Shown: in pieces, positions 1-12,229 of the stretch | Numbering within the stretch: position 1 is the stretch's first letter | How the letters are laid out: every line of letters starts with the position of its first letter | From: Octopus bimaculoides | Taxonomy: Eukaryota | DNA length: 64,000 bases | Direction of reading: 5' to 3' | Assembly: GCF_001194135.2 (NCBI RefSeq) | Contig: NC_069001.1 | Location: 37,043,581-37,107,580 of the forward strand | Translations under genes and position numbers: made by a program | The notes under the pieces: generated by a model | The model's database searches: none | Told to the model about the DNA's origin: nothing | The model's input: the letters and a program-made list of their open reading frames with translations, nothing else

Positions 1-247
1 AAGATAATTAATACTAATTAGTTGGCCTAATTTTTGCACTTTCATTGTCAATGATGATGGGATTTATTTGTGCAACGTCTGGTCAGAAAATTTGCATTTA
101 AATATCGTGAGAATGAAAAAGACAAAGCAAACACCTTATTCAAGAGCGAAGGGAATTTAGAATAAGGTGGGTGGGAATTGAAGAACCCTTACCCCAAGGA
201 AAAGCGGGGGAAAGTTAAGAAACAAAGAGCAAAAATATTTTTAAAAA

Positions 248-364
248 GGCGGAGGTACAGAATACGTACACTGGCGAAAGTGAAAAATACGTACACCCGG
301 TGTTTAGGGTTAGGGTTTTTGTTACGCCGAAAACGGGTGGAGTACGTGTTCTTTTACCTCCGCC
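248..364. mobile_element. Small foldback/MITE-like element with an internal (TTAGGG)2
   Basis: Arms ggcggaggtacagaatacgtac and gtacgtgttcttttacctccgcc are inverted. TTAGGGTTAGGG at 304-315. A second copy lies in the opposite orientation at ~3271-3370. Confidence 0.6.
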
Positions 365-474
365 CGCACACCGTTTTCGACGTAAACACCGGGTGTGCCT
401 ATTCTGTACCTTCGACTTTTAAAAATTGCAATTTTGAAACAGGAAATTTGGATAACTTTGCAATAACGTAGTTT

Positions 475-531
475 GGCGATCTTTCGGTACGATTACCTAA
501 ATATCGGCCTTTTCCGTACCGAAAGATCGCC
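475..531. repeat. Perfect 17-bp inverted repeat (hairpin)
   Basis: ggcgatctttcggtacg (475-491) and cgtaccgaaagatcgcc (515-531). Confidence 0.8.
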
Positions 532-689
532 GGTAAGTTTTATTGTTCGCCCTGTTGTGATATTGAAATGCGTTTAAAATGCGAACTATTAATCAATCAA
601 TGCAGGTATAATTATTAATAATAATAATTATTATTATTTCAAATTTTCGCCACACGGACAGCTCGTGGACGTGAGAGATGAGTTGATTA

Positions 690-1135
690 CATCGGCTCCA
701 GGATGAAAGGCAGGTAAAGTCAACTCAGAACGTACCTACGAGTGAAATACCTGTTAAGCATTTCGTTTAGTGTACTAACAATTCTGCTAGCTTGCTGCCC
801 TAATAATAATCCTTCCTAGTATAGACACAAGGCATGAAATTTAGGGGAGGGAGGTGGTCAGTTTCATCGACCCTGAAAAGATAAAAGGCAAATTCGACCT
901 CGGCGGAATTTGAACTCAGAACGTAAAGACGGATGAAATGCCACTAAGCATTTCCTCTGGCATGCTAGTGATTCTACCAGTTCACCAATTTAATAATAAT
1001 AATAACCCTTTCTACTAGAGGCACAAGTCCTGAAATTTGAGGGGAGGGCTAGTCGATTACATCAAACCCAGTGCTTGACTCGTACTTAATTTATAGACCC
1101 TGAAAGGATGAAAGGCAAAGTCGATCTTGGTGGCA
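690..1135 (-). mobile_element. Three tandem, partly truncated copies of a tRNA-derived SINE
   Basis: Repeated ...gatgaaaggcaaagtcgacctcggcggaatttgaactcagaacgtaaagac... The minus strand gives a B-box-like gagttcaaattcc. Copies are separated by (TAA)n. Same family at 6405-6602 and 35625-35750. Confidence 0.7.
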
Positions 1136-1149
1136 TAACGATAATAATA

Positions 1150-2100
1150 ATGATAATAATAATAATAAATGCCCGGATGCAGTACCAGGCAGTGGCTCTC
1201 ATGGCTTGTGATCTTAACTGATTGGAAGAGTTATCATGTACATTGTTTTGTCTTGGTATAAAAGATGGGCTACAGCAAATATTCTGATTTACTTGTCAGT
1301 CGTTTGACCGTCACAGTTGAGCATGTTCCCTAGTGGCTGATGATATGTGCATCTCTGGTCGTGAGCAGAAGTAGTGGAGGAGCATCATAGCCATGTATTG
1401 AGAGGAATTCTTTGGTGTTTGAATAATTCACCTCTGGAAACATAAGTGTTCATCATCCTTAAACAAACCTTATTCAGGGACCTCTTGAGTAGAATGGGCT
1501 ACTTGACCTGAAGAAATTTCTAACTGGGCCCACATGGTAGGTCATGCACTGCATATCTTGCTATGAGATCACCATGTCGCGCACATATGGTTGTGATACA
1601 TGTGCCTGGTGTACCCTTATCAGACGGGTAGTCTGGGCTTTGTATATTTGTACCCCAGTGTCACTTTGATGGCATGCGCTGCTTCCGAACTCAACAATAA
1701 TAATAATAAATGCCCAGATGCAATACCAGGCTTCTGATCTTAAGTAATTGGAAGTGTTCACATGTTCATGTTTTCTCTCGGTACAAAATACAGGATACAG
1801 CAAATTTTCTGCTCAATACCACGGATTTGCTTGTGACTTACTTGACCAGTTTCATGAAGGTTATACACTTACTCTTGTGTATAGAATGCTTAGAACTGTC
1901 ATTTTCGCCAGTTCTTCAGGATATTTTATAGCAATCTCCAGATTTACAGTGATAGCTTTAGTGGTCATTTTAACGTTGTGCAAATAAAAGCATCTCTTAA
2001 ACCTTTCAAACCAAATTTTTTTAACCAGAAAAAGATTTACATAGGAAGATGCATCTTCGTTTTCTCTGAAAATTGTGTCTATTAGCAGCACATTGAATTA
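1150..2100 (-). mobile_element. Two related non-LTR retroelement 3' segments with (ATT)n tails
   Basis: aaatgccc[g/a]gatgca[g/a]taccaggc...gatcttaa..attggaag occurs at ~1168 and ~1709, each after a (TAA)n run. The residual minus-strand ORF 1861-2091 looks like decayed coding sequence; family not identified. Confidence 0.45.
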
Positions 2101-2129
2101 GGTCAAATTATTGATCCAACGTAATCTTT

Positions 2130-2665
2130 TTATGTGGTGTGATCAATAAGTAACATGATTGTTGTCATAGAAACGAAGCGAAAGCACGCAGAGTGAAGCC
2201 GCTTGGCACTGAGTGACTTTCTAATCTGCTGCGCATGCGCACTAAATTTTTACGGTCTAGCTCACTTCCGTTGTTTACTGTAGTTCTTGGAGGCGAAGTG
2301 TTTAGCGTGTGTTCGACGCATTAACCATGTCAGAGAAAGTTGAGCAGAGAATCTGCATCAAATTTTGCCAAAAGCTTGGCGATACCTGCTCAGAGACCTA
2401 CGCAAAGTTGCAGATAGTTTATGGAGAGGAGTGTATGAGCCGCACACAGGTGTACGATTGGTACAGACGTTTCCAATATGGCCGGAAAAGTGTCGATAGT
2501 GACGAACGGTCAGGGAGACCCGCAACCAGCAGAACGAATAAAAACATCGCAGATGTGCTTGAAGCTCTGAGGGGAAATCGAAAGATCACCATCCGTAAGT
2601 TATCAAAGGATGTGCAGATTAGTTACGGTTCGGTTCAGTCCATTATCACTGAAGATTTGGATATA
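2130..2665 (+). mobile_element. Mariner transposon 5' half: left TIR-like end and N-terminal HTH DNA-binding domain
   Basis: ORF 2309-2872 begins EQRICIKFCQKLG..SETYAKLQIVYGEECMSRTQVYDWYRRFQYGRKSVDSDERSGRP..ITIRKLSKDVQISYGSVQSIITEDL, typical of the mariner bipartite HTH. TA|tgtggtgtgatcaataagt resembles a mariner TIR. No catalytic domain or right TIR seen. Confidence 0.85.
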
Positions 2666-2889
2666 AAACGGGAGCCTACGAAGGTCGCCAAAATGTCTGG
2701 TACTAAGAAGAACAAACCGGCGAAACCTAAGAAGGCGGCATTAAAGTCTGCCAACTCTCCCGCTAAATCCAGTGTAGTCAAACCCAAAGAGGCCAGCGAA
2801 GAATGTGGAGAAACAGAAACCTGTCAAGAAACCAACTGCGAAGAAAACTACCAAAAAGTAAATGATTTTTGAGAAGCCTTTAAAGGGCC
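2665..2889 (+). pseudogene. Histone H1-like C-terminal tail fragment with a degenerate histone 3' stem-loop
   Basis: In frame: TKKNKPAKPKKAALKSANSPAKSSVVKPK. After a 1-nt shift: RPAKNVEKQKPVKKPTAKKTTKK* (TAA 2859-2861). Then aagcct-ttaa-agggcc (2874-2889), resembling the replication-dependent histone hairpin with a mutated 5' arm. Confidence 0.65.
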
Positions 2890-3270
2890 ATGAACCAGTT
2901 TTGATTGTATATAATCGATCTCAGTACGCGATTTTGTATGAGCTCGTTTTTTAGATTATTCGTCTGTAATGTCTTGGATAATCGTAAGCTATAACGGTTT
3001 TGTGGGGAAATGGTGACAAGGACCATGGAAGCTTTTCGTTGGTCATCCCTAAGGTTTGCAAGATTTTTTTTTTGAATATTCTATATTTGTGGTTGGAAGG
3101 CTAGATGAATGAAGTCCCCAGTTTAGTTTTACTGTATTATAATACAAAATCGATAGTTTCGTAACTGAATACATATGCGATGGCTATGAGCAGGTTATGG
3201 ATCGCATGACGCTAGGACTGAAAAAAGATTAGATTTTATCAACATAATCGCTCTCTACACCTTGGAAAAC

Positions 3271-3370
3271 GGACGGAGGTAAAGAATACGTACACCACAC
3301 GTTTTCGGCGTAACAAATACCCTAACCCTAACCCCTCAACAGCGGATGTACGTATTCTTCACTTTCGCCG
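3271..3370. mobile_element. Inverted copy of the 248-364 TTAGGG-containing element
   Basis: cggaggtaaagaatacgtacacc..gttttcggcgtaacaaataccctaaccctaacc is the reverse complement of part of 248-364. Confidence 0.65.
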
Positions 3371-3774
3371 GAAAACGTATTTGCCAAATTTCATTTAATG
3401 TCTTGGCAATAACTGCATTTAGATGCTCCAGTGGCTTCGCCGCTTAACTTGAAACGTTTTCGTAATTGTTGATTTTAAAACATTTACTGGCAGCTTCGAA
3501 TCGTCTTTTTATTGCCATTTTCCGTAAATTTAACACTTCTCTCTTTTGAAAACTCATATAAATCTCCGTATTTGTAAGATACCTGTTCGATTATTTTCAT
3601 AATTTGCATGTGCAATAAATTACTGAATGGATGAGAGGGTAGGGACTTATTTTCTAAGATGAAGCTGCTAATGGTTCAATAAATTCATACAACCCCGATC
3701 GTCGGGTAACATTCCTACACTTGACGTATTCGCAAGGTACCAGTGCCGTTTATATAACAGAACAGGCATTCTTT

Positions 3775-4540
3775 CGTCACGCTAGCAGTAAATTTGTCAA
3801 AAAGCACGTGGTATTGTTATGGTATTGTTCGTTAATTTCCGTAAAAATTTTATATTTCTTTACTCTTCTTTGGAAGGCGACCATTTGCTTTGAACAGCAG
3901 AAATTGAAAGACAAGAAAGTGAAAAGGCGACATTTGCTTTGAAGTGAGAGGAGAAAATGTTTGGACGTGTGTGTGTGCGTGCTTGTGAAAGAGAGAGAAA
4001 GTGTGAGTGAGTGAAGGTGTGTGTTGTATGTATTTTTTTTTTTCCATTTATGTGTAAGTGGCACTCGCGCTCTCTCTCTCTCTCTCACGCATTATCTTTC
4101 ATATGCACGTACATACATCAATACATATGCATACATCTCTTCTGTATGTATGTGTGAGAGAGAGTAAAGATGTGTGTTGTCATGTATGCATTTTTTGCAT
4201 TTATGTGAAAGTGGCACTCACTCTCTTTCACACACACGCTCACATACATACAAAAAAAAAAGATATATGTATGTGTACATGAAAGATAATGTGTGTGTGA
4301 CAGACAGTCTGTGCTTCTTATACATGCAAAAAATGCATACATTACACACGCACTCACAATTCCTCTCTCTTTCACACATACACACTCATGTCCATTTCAT
4401 ATACACATACATACATCTTTCACTTTCTCCTCTAATGTCGCCTTTTCATTTTCTCCTCTTTTTAAATAAATAAAAATAACTTTACAGAAATTAACAATCA
4501 AAACATTTGTGATTTTTTGACAAGTCTGCTACTACATCTG
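3775..4540. mobile_element. MITE-like element with imperfect subterminal inverted repeats and microsatellite-rich interior
   Basis: gctagcagtaaatttgtcaaaaagcac / gtgattttttgacaagtctgctac and gttaatttccgtaaa / tttacagaaattaac are inverted. Related sequence at ~26760-27060 and ~36270-36620. Confidence 0.45.
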
Positions 4541-5116
4541 AAGGACTGCCAAAATTTAATGCATTTAAGTACCATGTGAGTTAAAAGTAGAATAATTTAT
4601 TCATTCAAGGATGAGACATTTAAGATGGAGGTGGAGGTGCACCATTTTCAGATGACTGTCCCATAAACCTTAACAGGAAAAGTTAAGGAACAAAGGATAT
4701 AAGTATTAAAAATTGAAATTTTGAAAAATATTATTCATTTTATTTATTCTTTTTTTGTTTTCAGAATTGTAATTTTTGTTGGAATATTAAGAAATGAAAA
4801 AAAAAAAAAAAAAAGCCGAGTCGTGTGTGTAATATAAATGATCAATGCCTGGCAGTTTGTGCTGTGGTTGCCATCGAAGACGGGGTTTTTATAATTGTTT
4901 GTGTAAATTAAGTTGTGTTTAAATACCATGAGAGCAGTTTGTTTATTCAAGGTTGAGATATTTAATGTAAAGGGGGAGTTTCAAATTAAGAGTCCCATAC
5001 TGAAAGGGAACAAGGGCAAAGCAGCAGAAAAAAATGATGATACAGCATGACACATAACCCATTATTTAGAACTTCATGTGTATTTTAGTATACACGGTGC
5101 AAGAGGTATTTCAAGA

Positions 5117-5245
5117 CATCATCATCATTCGATGTCCATTTTTCATGCTGGCATGGGCTGGACACTTTGACAAGAGCTGCACCAGGCTTCAATTGACTGT
5201 TTTGGCATGGTTTCTACAGCTGGATGCCCTTCCTTATTCCAAGCA
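5117..5245 (-). mobile_element. RTE-type LINE/SINE 3' tail with (GAT)n end
   Basis: catcatcatc..catgctggcatggg..gtttctacagctggatgcccttcc. Same tail at 51451-51660 and 62288-62465. Confidence 0.6.
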
Positions 5246-6404
5246 CTTTTAATAAAACAGTTCTAACCTAGCAAAAACCAAAGGTATCTTCATAAAAATC
5301 TGTGCTCATATTCTTGATAAACTTTCTGAAGAGGTTATTCTACGAATCCACCTTGACTACTTCAGTCTGTGACTAGAATCATCAACTTACCTTCACTAAA
5401 TAGTTCTTATCTATTGTGTCTTCATAAATACACTTCACACCCTGTCCAAGTGTTCTATTGCTAAGTTCCACAGTTGAAAACATCAAAATACAAAGAGAAA
5501 AAATGAAAACACACTTTATTCCTAAATTATTTAGTTACATCTTGTAAATAATATATATGTTATTAAATACATGATGCATAGAAAATACTTCTTTGTGGCA
5601 TTATATTAAATTGGTGAATGTTAAAAGTTTATGGTTGGGCTAGCATAAGTCTTGTTTAGTTGTGCTACATGTGAAATGTTATGAGGAAAACCGAACTGTA
5701 AACCTGTTTAGTTTTAATTTTTAGGTTCCAAAGAATAATCAGAAAACCTGAAGAAGATAGAACTGTATGCCACCAACGGAGAATGGACACGGATACGAAT
5801 GAGTCACAAATCACGTCATTGATGAGAACCTCTCATGGGCTGATGCCATGATAGAAAGCCTCATACCCTTGCTCCCTACAGAATGACTGGTGTGTAATGT
5901 ATTCTCATTAGCATTGATTCCATGAAAAAATGCATCCGATGCATCTGATGCACACTGCAAAGCAGCTGGCAAATGAACAAAGAAAGCATAGGGTTGTGAG
6001 GGTTCATCTAGTTCCATCTTGCTGTGAACTTGATACCCTCTATTAGTGCTGTTGCTATGAGAGAATACACTCAGTACACTATGAATTGGTTGGTAAATAA
6101 GCAGAGAAAGCATAAGATTGTGGAGTTCCTTTGGTCATGTCTTGTTGAGGACAATTCAAGTTGTATAGAATTAGTGCCAAGAGTGTGAGAAAATAGACTT
6201 AGTTGTATGCTGTAAAAGTGGTTGCCAAAAGGAAGGGCTGTGGAAATCAGACCACACAACAGGTACAGACACCAGTCTATGAGAGCAGCAACTCCCAATA
6301 AGAAGGGAGACAGACTGTGATGACATACCGAAGCGATGCCAACATAGAAAACATGAGGAAATGATGATGATTAATATTTATATTGATTTAAAATTTTCGC
6401 ACAA

Positions 6405-6602
6405 AGCCAGTAATTTCAGGGTTGGGGATTACTTGATTACATTGACCCAGTGTTCAACTGGTACTTATTTTATTGACCCTGAAATAGTGAAAGGCAAAAA
6501 TCGACTTTGGTGGAATTTGAACTCAAAGCATAAAGAGGGACGAAATGTCACTAAACATTTCCCCCACCATGTTAATGATTCTGCCAACTCACTGCCTTAT
6601 TA
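6405..6602 (-). mobile_element. tRNA-derived SINE copy
   Basis: Homologous to 808-990 (gaaaggcaaaaatcgactttggtggaatttgaactc...gattctgccaactcactgcctta). Confidence 0.65.
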
Positions 6603-8166
6603 AGCTGAAATATATATATGGAAACATGTAAATTATTATTATTGACCCATTAAATTTTGAAGGAATTATGCCAAAAATATAAATTATGAATTTAATACAA
6701 AAGCTAACCAATAACATCATCTCATACCTTCAACAATTTATATACATAACAAAATTATTCATAAGATTGAGAATCTTCTTCGTTGTTTTGAAGTTGACTT
6801 TGTTCATATTTGCATGGCTCAGAAAGAATTTGTTAAAGCAGATTTTCCATGGCCAAATGCTTTTTCCTATTGCCAATCCTCACCAGTTTCCAAGCAAGGT
6901 ATTTCCCCACAGCTAGACATGCTTTCAAGAAACATTGAAAACAAAGGACAGGAGTGATATTCGTTTACAATGCACGTCATGACAAAGAAACACAAATTCA
7001 CACACTCATACTTATATATAATGGGCTTTTTTCAGTTTCTGTCGACCAAATTAACTTCCAAGGCTTTGGCTAAGATAAAAAAAAATTTTTTTTAATTCCT
7101 AAACAAAAACTGGAGCAGTTATACTTTTATATCGTCGAACAATATATTCCTAGTTATGGCATATAATCAACTGCAAAATTACCAACGGTTTTGCACTTGG
7201 CAATACTGACGACCCTTCAGACATGTTAACTGGAAGGGAATAGCCTCTTTTATGCTGGAAGTAATTATACAATCATGGTTTGCATGGTGATGATTAAAAA
7301 AGAATTTAGGTTGTTTCCCTTGCTACACTGTCAGTCAGCTGTACCTGCATACTATTTTCCATTTTGACAGGCTGTAAGCCAAAACCAAGAATACACTGCT
7401 CAACAATAAGAAAGTGTGTGTGTGTGTGTGTTTTATTCTTGTTAAAGAATAACAAATTTGTACTCTACTACAAAAGTATGGAGTATTTCTTTATATTCAT
7501 GTAAAATTGTTTTTATTATAACTGAACATAAAAACAAACATTAATAAATATGTATATATAAATTGCACCTCATGTTTAAAGCTCCAATGAAGCTATAGAG
7601 TGATAGACAAGCATTCAACTAGGATTGCATTGCATCTTATTGCAGAAACAGCCATAAGTCAATAATGCTTATGACATAATTTCTTATTCCTTTGTCTTGA
7701 AGCATATATATATTGAGTTTATTGCTGTCACTATGCCTAGGTGAAATAATAATAATATATATATACATGTAGACAAATAAGTATTTTGTCTTATGCCACA
7801 AAGAAGTATTTTCTATGCATTCTGTATTTAATAACATCAACTCTACCATGATAGTATCCCTAATTTACAGCAATATATATTTTCCGTTATTTACCCAATG
7901 CCAAATATATCAAAAGTATCCTTTTCATCATCATCATCATTTAGCATCTATTTTCCCTCTTTCAGAAATAAGTCAAATGGACTATGTATGGTTATACTGA
8001 AAAAGTGGTTTTATTAACAATATCACAGTGGTAAATTATCTAACCAATGAAGATATAGTTATGATTATGTGATTTGTTACCAAACTGTTATGTCTTCTTT
8101 CCTGTGAGAATAATTTATGGTTATATGCGATAATTTTTCTAAAAATAATATGTGAGATAAATATCC

Positions 8167-9339
8167 TTATTCTTCTGTATGAATACGAACATGTGTAGCT
8201 AGGTGACCTTTTTTAGAGAATGATTTACCACAGATATCACACTGATATGGACTCTGTTCTGTATGAATTTGCCTGTGACTAGATAAAGTACCACTGTGAG
8301 AAAATGATTTGTTACAGATGTCACAACGATATGGTCTCTCTCCTGTATGAATACGCTTGTGACTAGTTAAATTACTAATTTTACAGAATGCTTTGCTACA
8401 TATGTCACAGTGATATGGTTTCTCTCCTGTATGGATACGTTTATGAATAGTTAAGTAACTTCTTTCAGAGAAAAATTTGTCACAGACATCACAGTGATAT
8501 GGTTTCTCACCTGTGTGAATACGTTTGTGTTTAGTTAGGTTACCTGGATCAGATAATGATTTACCACAGATATCACAAGTATATGGCTTCTCTCCTGTAT
8601 GAATATATGTGTGTACAGTTAATTCACCCTTTGCAGAAAATGATTTACCACAGATATCACAGAGATATGGCTTCTCTCCTGTATGAAGTCGCATATGAGT
8701 ATTTAAGCTACTTTTTGCGGAAAATGATGAACCACAGACAGCACAGTGATATGGCTTCTCTCCTGTATGACTACGTTTATGAGTAGTTAAGTGGCAACTA
8801 ACAGAGAATGATTTATCACAGATATCACATTGATAAGGCTTTTCTCCAGTATGAATGCGTTTGTGAGTAGTTAATTCACTACTTCTAGAGAATGATTTAT
8901 CACAGAAATCACAGTGATATGGCTTCTCTCCTGTATGAATACGTTTGTGTACAGTTAAAGCATTTCTATGAGAGAATGATCTACCACAAGTCTCACAGTG
9001 ATATGGCTTCTCTCCTGTATGAATTCGTATGTGAGTACTTAAGTCATTACTTCCAGAGAAGGATTTACCACAGATGCTACAAGGATATGGCTTCTGTCCT
9101 GTATGAATGCATTCATGTACAGTCAATGCATTTTTGTAAGAGAAAGATTTACCACAGGTATTACAGTGAAATGCTTTCTCTCCTGTATGAAAAGCTAACT
9201 GATTTTTTTCAGAGAATGTTTTGTTTCCTGCATGAAAGTGGTAGGATATTTTTCCTAATTCTTTTAGCATCTTAGGAAAATCTATGCTTTCAGACTCAGC
9301 TTTAATATTCACTGGTTTTTCACAGAATTCATTTTCCAT
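8167..9339 (-). CDS. ZF1: C2H2 zinc-finger protein, 390 aa, 12 intact fingers plus 1 degenerate
   Basis: Repeated CxxC..HxxxH with TGEKP linkers; leader [17 protein letters not shown]. Confidence 0.93.
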   Translation of the reverse strand: MENEFCEKPVNIKAESESIDFPKMLKELGKISYHFHAGNKTFSEKNQLAFHTGEKAFHCNTCGKSFSYKNALTVHECIHTGQKPYPCSICGKSFSGSNDLSTHIRIHTGEKPYHCETCGRSFSHRNALTVHKRIHTGEKPYHCDFCDKSFSRSSELTTHKRIHTGEKPYQCDICDKSFSVSCHLTTHKRSHTGEKPYHCAVCGSSFSAKSSLNTHMRLHTGEKPYLCDICGKSFSAKGELTVHTYIHTGEKPYTCDICGKSLSDPGNLTKHKRIHTGEKPYHCDVCDKFFSERSYLTIHKRIHTGEKPYHCDICSKAFCKISNLTSHKRIHTGERPYRCDICNKSFSHSGTLSSHRQIHTEQSPYQCDICGKSFSKKGHLATHVRIHTEE

Positions 9340-10364
9340 AATTATTCTTTTCTGATCACTTCTCTTCTCGTATTTTCTTAATTATTTCTACTGTAATTTT
9401 TCCATCACATGTTAATTTTTGTTGATATCTAAAGATACTGCAAATTCCTTTGTAAATTTCTCCAAGTTTATTTAAAACGCAACATAATCTTGAACATATT
9501 CCTGACAATGAAGGAGAGAAATTTTGTTAGTGATGTCAGGTCACAAGAAACATTTCCACCAATTCCACCATAGATTTAAAGAGATAGGGTTATATCCTTT
9601 CTATAAAATATCTTCCTTAATTATTTTTTAAAGATGATGAATATTGAAGATACGTCTGAAGAAATACTTTTATGCCAATGTCATCTGGTTTTTCTGAAAC
9701 AAAAGAGAAAGAGCATAAGATATAGGGGATACTTAAAAGGAAACATTCAACAGTAGAAAATGTAAATATAAACTTTTATGTTGATGACTGGACTTTAAAC
9801 TTTAATTGGTTATCAAAATGACATCATATGATCTTGTGTGAAGTCTACTGCCATCATATTCTATGAAATTACAATAAACTGCAGCAATTAGTAGTAGAGG
9901 AGAAAGTAACTTATAGACTTAGCAAAGCCAATGACGACAATCAGTAGAATGAATTTTGTTGAATCTGTCAGTCTGTAACAGAATTTCTGGTTTGCTTTAC
10001 AACTCCCCGCTTCTTTCTCAGGACATATTCATTTTTCAACACTGTCTCTGTTCTTCCCACATCGTTCTTTCCCTGAAATTCTGTGTGCCCTCCATCTCAC
10101 CCCGTCTGTACACAATTAAAGCAAGTGAATAATCCAATGTTAAAAGGTAATTCTCTTTATATGAGTCAGTATCATAAGATATATCTCTTATATTACTATT
10201 ATGAATGTCTTGTACTAAACTATTATGAATATCTTGTGCTACTAACTGTTACGAATATACATTATTTACATTACCCTCCAGGGTATATCAGCTGAAACGT
10301 TGTGTTAACAACAAACAAGATGAGGACAAATATCCGTCAAATGTAAATAATGTATATATATTCC

Positions 10365-10830
10365 GTTTGGTTGGCCGTTATCTCGTTTATATTGAATTGG
10401 CCTTCGCCTGCGCGAACCATAGTCCAGCTGTCTTAGGCCAGAATTGTTCTAGCCTCGGTAATGTTGTTTTGTCGCATGCCATGTTTGTTTCGATAGCGGG
10501 AGCTGTTGTTCTATCGTCGGGGTCACCAGTTATAGCTTTGTTAAGCTATACACAAACAAACTAGTGGAGACGAAAATATATTTATCAAAGATTTATTTTA
10601 CGTACATCAGGGCTTAAGTTGCCAGTTATTTCAGATTCATTTAACGTTCACTGATAACATTATTTCGTTTCCTTTGTTTCTCTGGAAGTCCACTTCGTTG
10701 CAGACCAACTCCCTAGCTAGCCGGAGCGAAGTTCCTGTCTACAGTCCGTCTGTCATGACTCCTGCCCTACAGCAGGATATTTGCTCCGACATGGAACTGC
10801 CTCAGGAACAGCTTCCCATGTTCTAATACA
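10365..10830 (-). mobile_element. Truncated Gypsy-type (CsRn1-like) LTR retrotransposon: 5' LTR, tRNA-Trp PBS and start of gag
   Basis: Minus strand: TGTATTAG at 10830, ~300 bp of LTR, then TGGTGACCCCGACG (10528-10515; complementary to the tRNA-Trp 3' end). ATG at 10482 gives MACDKTTLPRLEQFWPKTAGLWFAQAKA, similar to the LPxFW...LWFAQAEAQF gag N-terminus. Confidence 0.75.
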
Positions 10831-11366
10831 GGCCGTAATTATTACTTATTCTTGGTATAAAACAACAGGTCATGCACTAAAAATAGGGTCCATCGAAGAT
10901 ATATCACAGAACACAGATACATGATCACATTGTCAAACATTATACATGCTGAACTCCCTACATAATGGTGGGTGACAACATTCAGTATTCTGTCCAGAAA
11001 AGTCATGTAGCTCTGGTCAGTTGTTTTTTGTAGCCGTAAGCTAGTCCAAATTATGTAGACCTTTGATCAAAATTACGTTGTTTTCAGAGATGTGACGAAT
11101 TTTATGACAGATCAAGCAAAAATAAACACTGTTCAGGAAAGAAAAAAACAAATGAACGGTTGAATGAAGAAATATAAATTAATATACCTCGTATAAACCA
11201 CAGTTATTTTTTTTTAGGAAATCGGCGATGGTGATCAGTGTGTTGATGAATTGAAAATAAATATGTTATGTTATTAGCCTTTAGTAACAACGTTTTATGC
11301 TAAATAAACTATTCTTTAGGCAGACCGATCAGCATCAGGGATCACCTTTCATTTTGGTAGACTAAA

Positions 11367-11391
11367 GTCAATATCCGGTTGAGCATGCGCA
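11367..11391 (-). promoter_or_regulatory. Conserved ZF-cluster upstream element, copy 1 (ZF1)
   Basis: GTCAATATCCGGTTGAGCATGCGCA on +; one copy per gene unit. Confidence 0.7.
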
Positions 11392-11911
11392 TGGCGGCAA
11401 CGTGGAGTGGGGAGTGAGTCGTGTGAGCAAAGCTTACATATGGATATGTGCATGCATACATGAGCACTTATTTGTAAACAAGCGAGGCTACCATGTTTAT
11501 GTTGTTTGAATTCCAATAAAAGATTCTTATTGCTAAACTGACCTCTTTTTGCATTGGTGAGAAATTTTATCAGAGATACACACACGCATTATATATATAT
11601 ATATAAGATGATTTTGAAGCTGTGTTGAACTCCACCTCAGTCACTAATGACGTCACAATGTCTGTTCCATAGTACACTGTAATACCGGGACTGTCTCTGG
11701 AGCCAACCTTTCTGGAAATGGTAAACTCTATTAAACAAACACACATATACATACATATAAACTCAGGCATTTGACCTGACTAGTTTGATAAGTATCAATA
11801 TACAAAACTCTCTTGAGTCACCCACTTACTTATGCTAAATATTAATCGATATACATGTCCTCATATTTTGAATTCTATTTTCCCTGTTTCCACCAACATA
11901 CCTATATATAT

Positions 11912-12167
11912 AGGTAATCTTCAAGTTTAGGGAGATAAAAAAAATAAATAAAAATATTCAAGGGAAATAACTGAACGACTTACCAGTATTATCCGTTTTC
12001 TTCTAGCTGTTTATAAATAAATCACACCCTAACCCTAACGTCAATCAAATCACGTGTGTGATTTGTTTATAAACAGAGAGGTACGGAGAATACTGGTAAG
12101 ACGTTCAGTTACTTCCCTTGAATATTTTTATTTATTTTTTTTATCCCCCTAAACCTGAAGATTACCT
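11912..12167. mobile_element. TA-flanked palindromic MITE (~255 bp) with (CCCTAA)2 near its centre
   Basis: AGGTAATCTTC...GAAGATTACCT ends, long inverted arms (aaataaaaatattcaaggga..ttaccagtatt), flanked by TATATA. Confidence 0.75.
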
Positions 12168-12229
12168 ATATATATATACATACATACACACATATATATA
12201 TATGGTGGTTGTCTACTCCTTATACAGAA

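Noticed and set aside
808-990. tRNA genes from B-box-like motifs (also 24209, 44290)
   Set aside because: No cloverleaf. The boxes are SINE heads followed by repeat bodies found in multiple copies.
2309-2872. SETMAR-like domesticated gene or active mariner
   Set aside because: No SET domain, no DD34D catalytic domain and no right TIR.
3721-4473. His/Thr-rich and Cys/Val-rich short ORFs
   Set aside because: Translations of CA/GT/GA microsatellites inside a repeat element.
8556-9275. Plus-strand ORFs of the [18 protein letters not shown] type (also 17821, 22906, 28774, 34300, 37938, 38290, 47789, 57785)
   Set aside because: Antisense shadows of the 84-bp zinc-finger repeat, not independent genes.
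9240-9339. KRAB, SCAN, ZAD or BTB effector domain at the ZF N-termini
   Set aside because: The leaders are only ~30-35 aa and lack these signatures. A hidden upstream coding exon is not supported, but cannot be fully excluded without RNA data.
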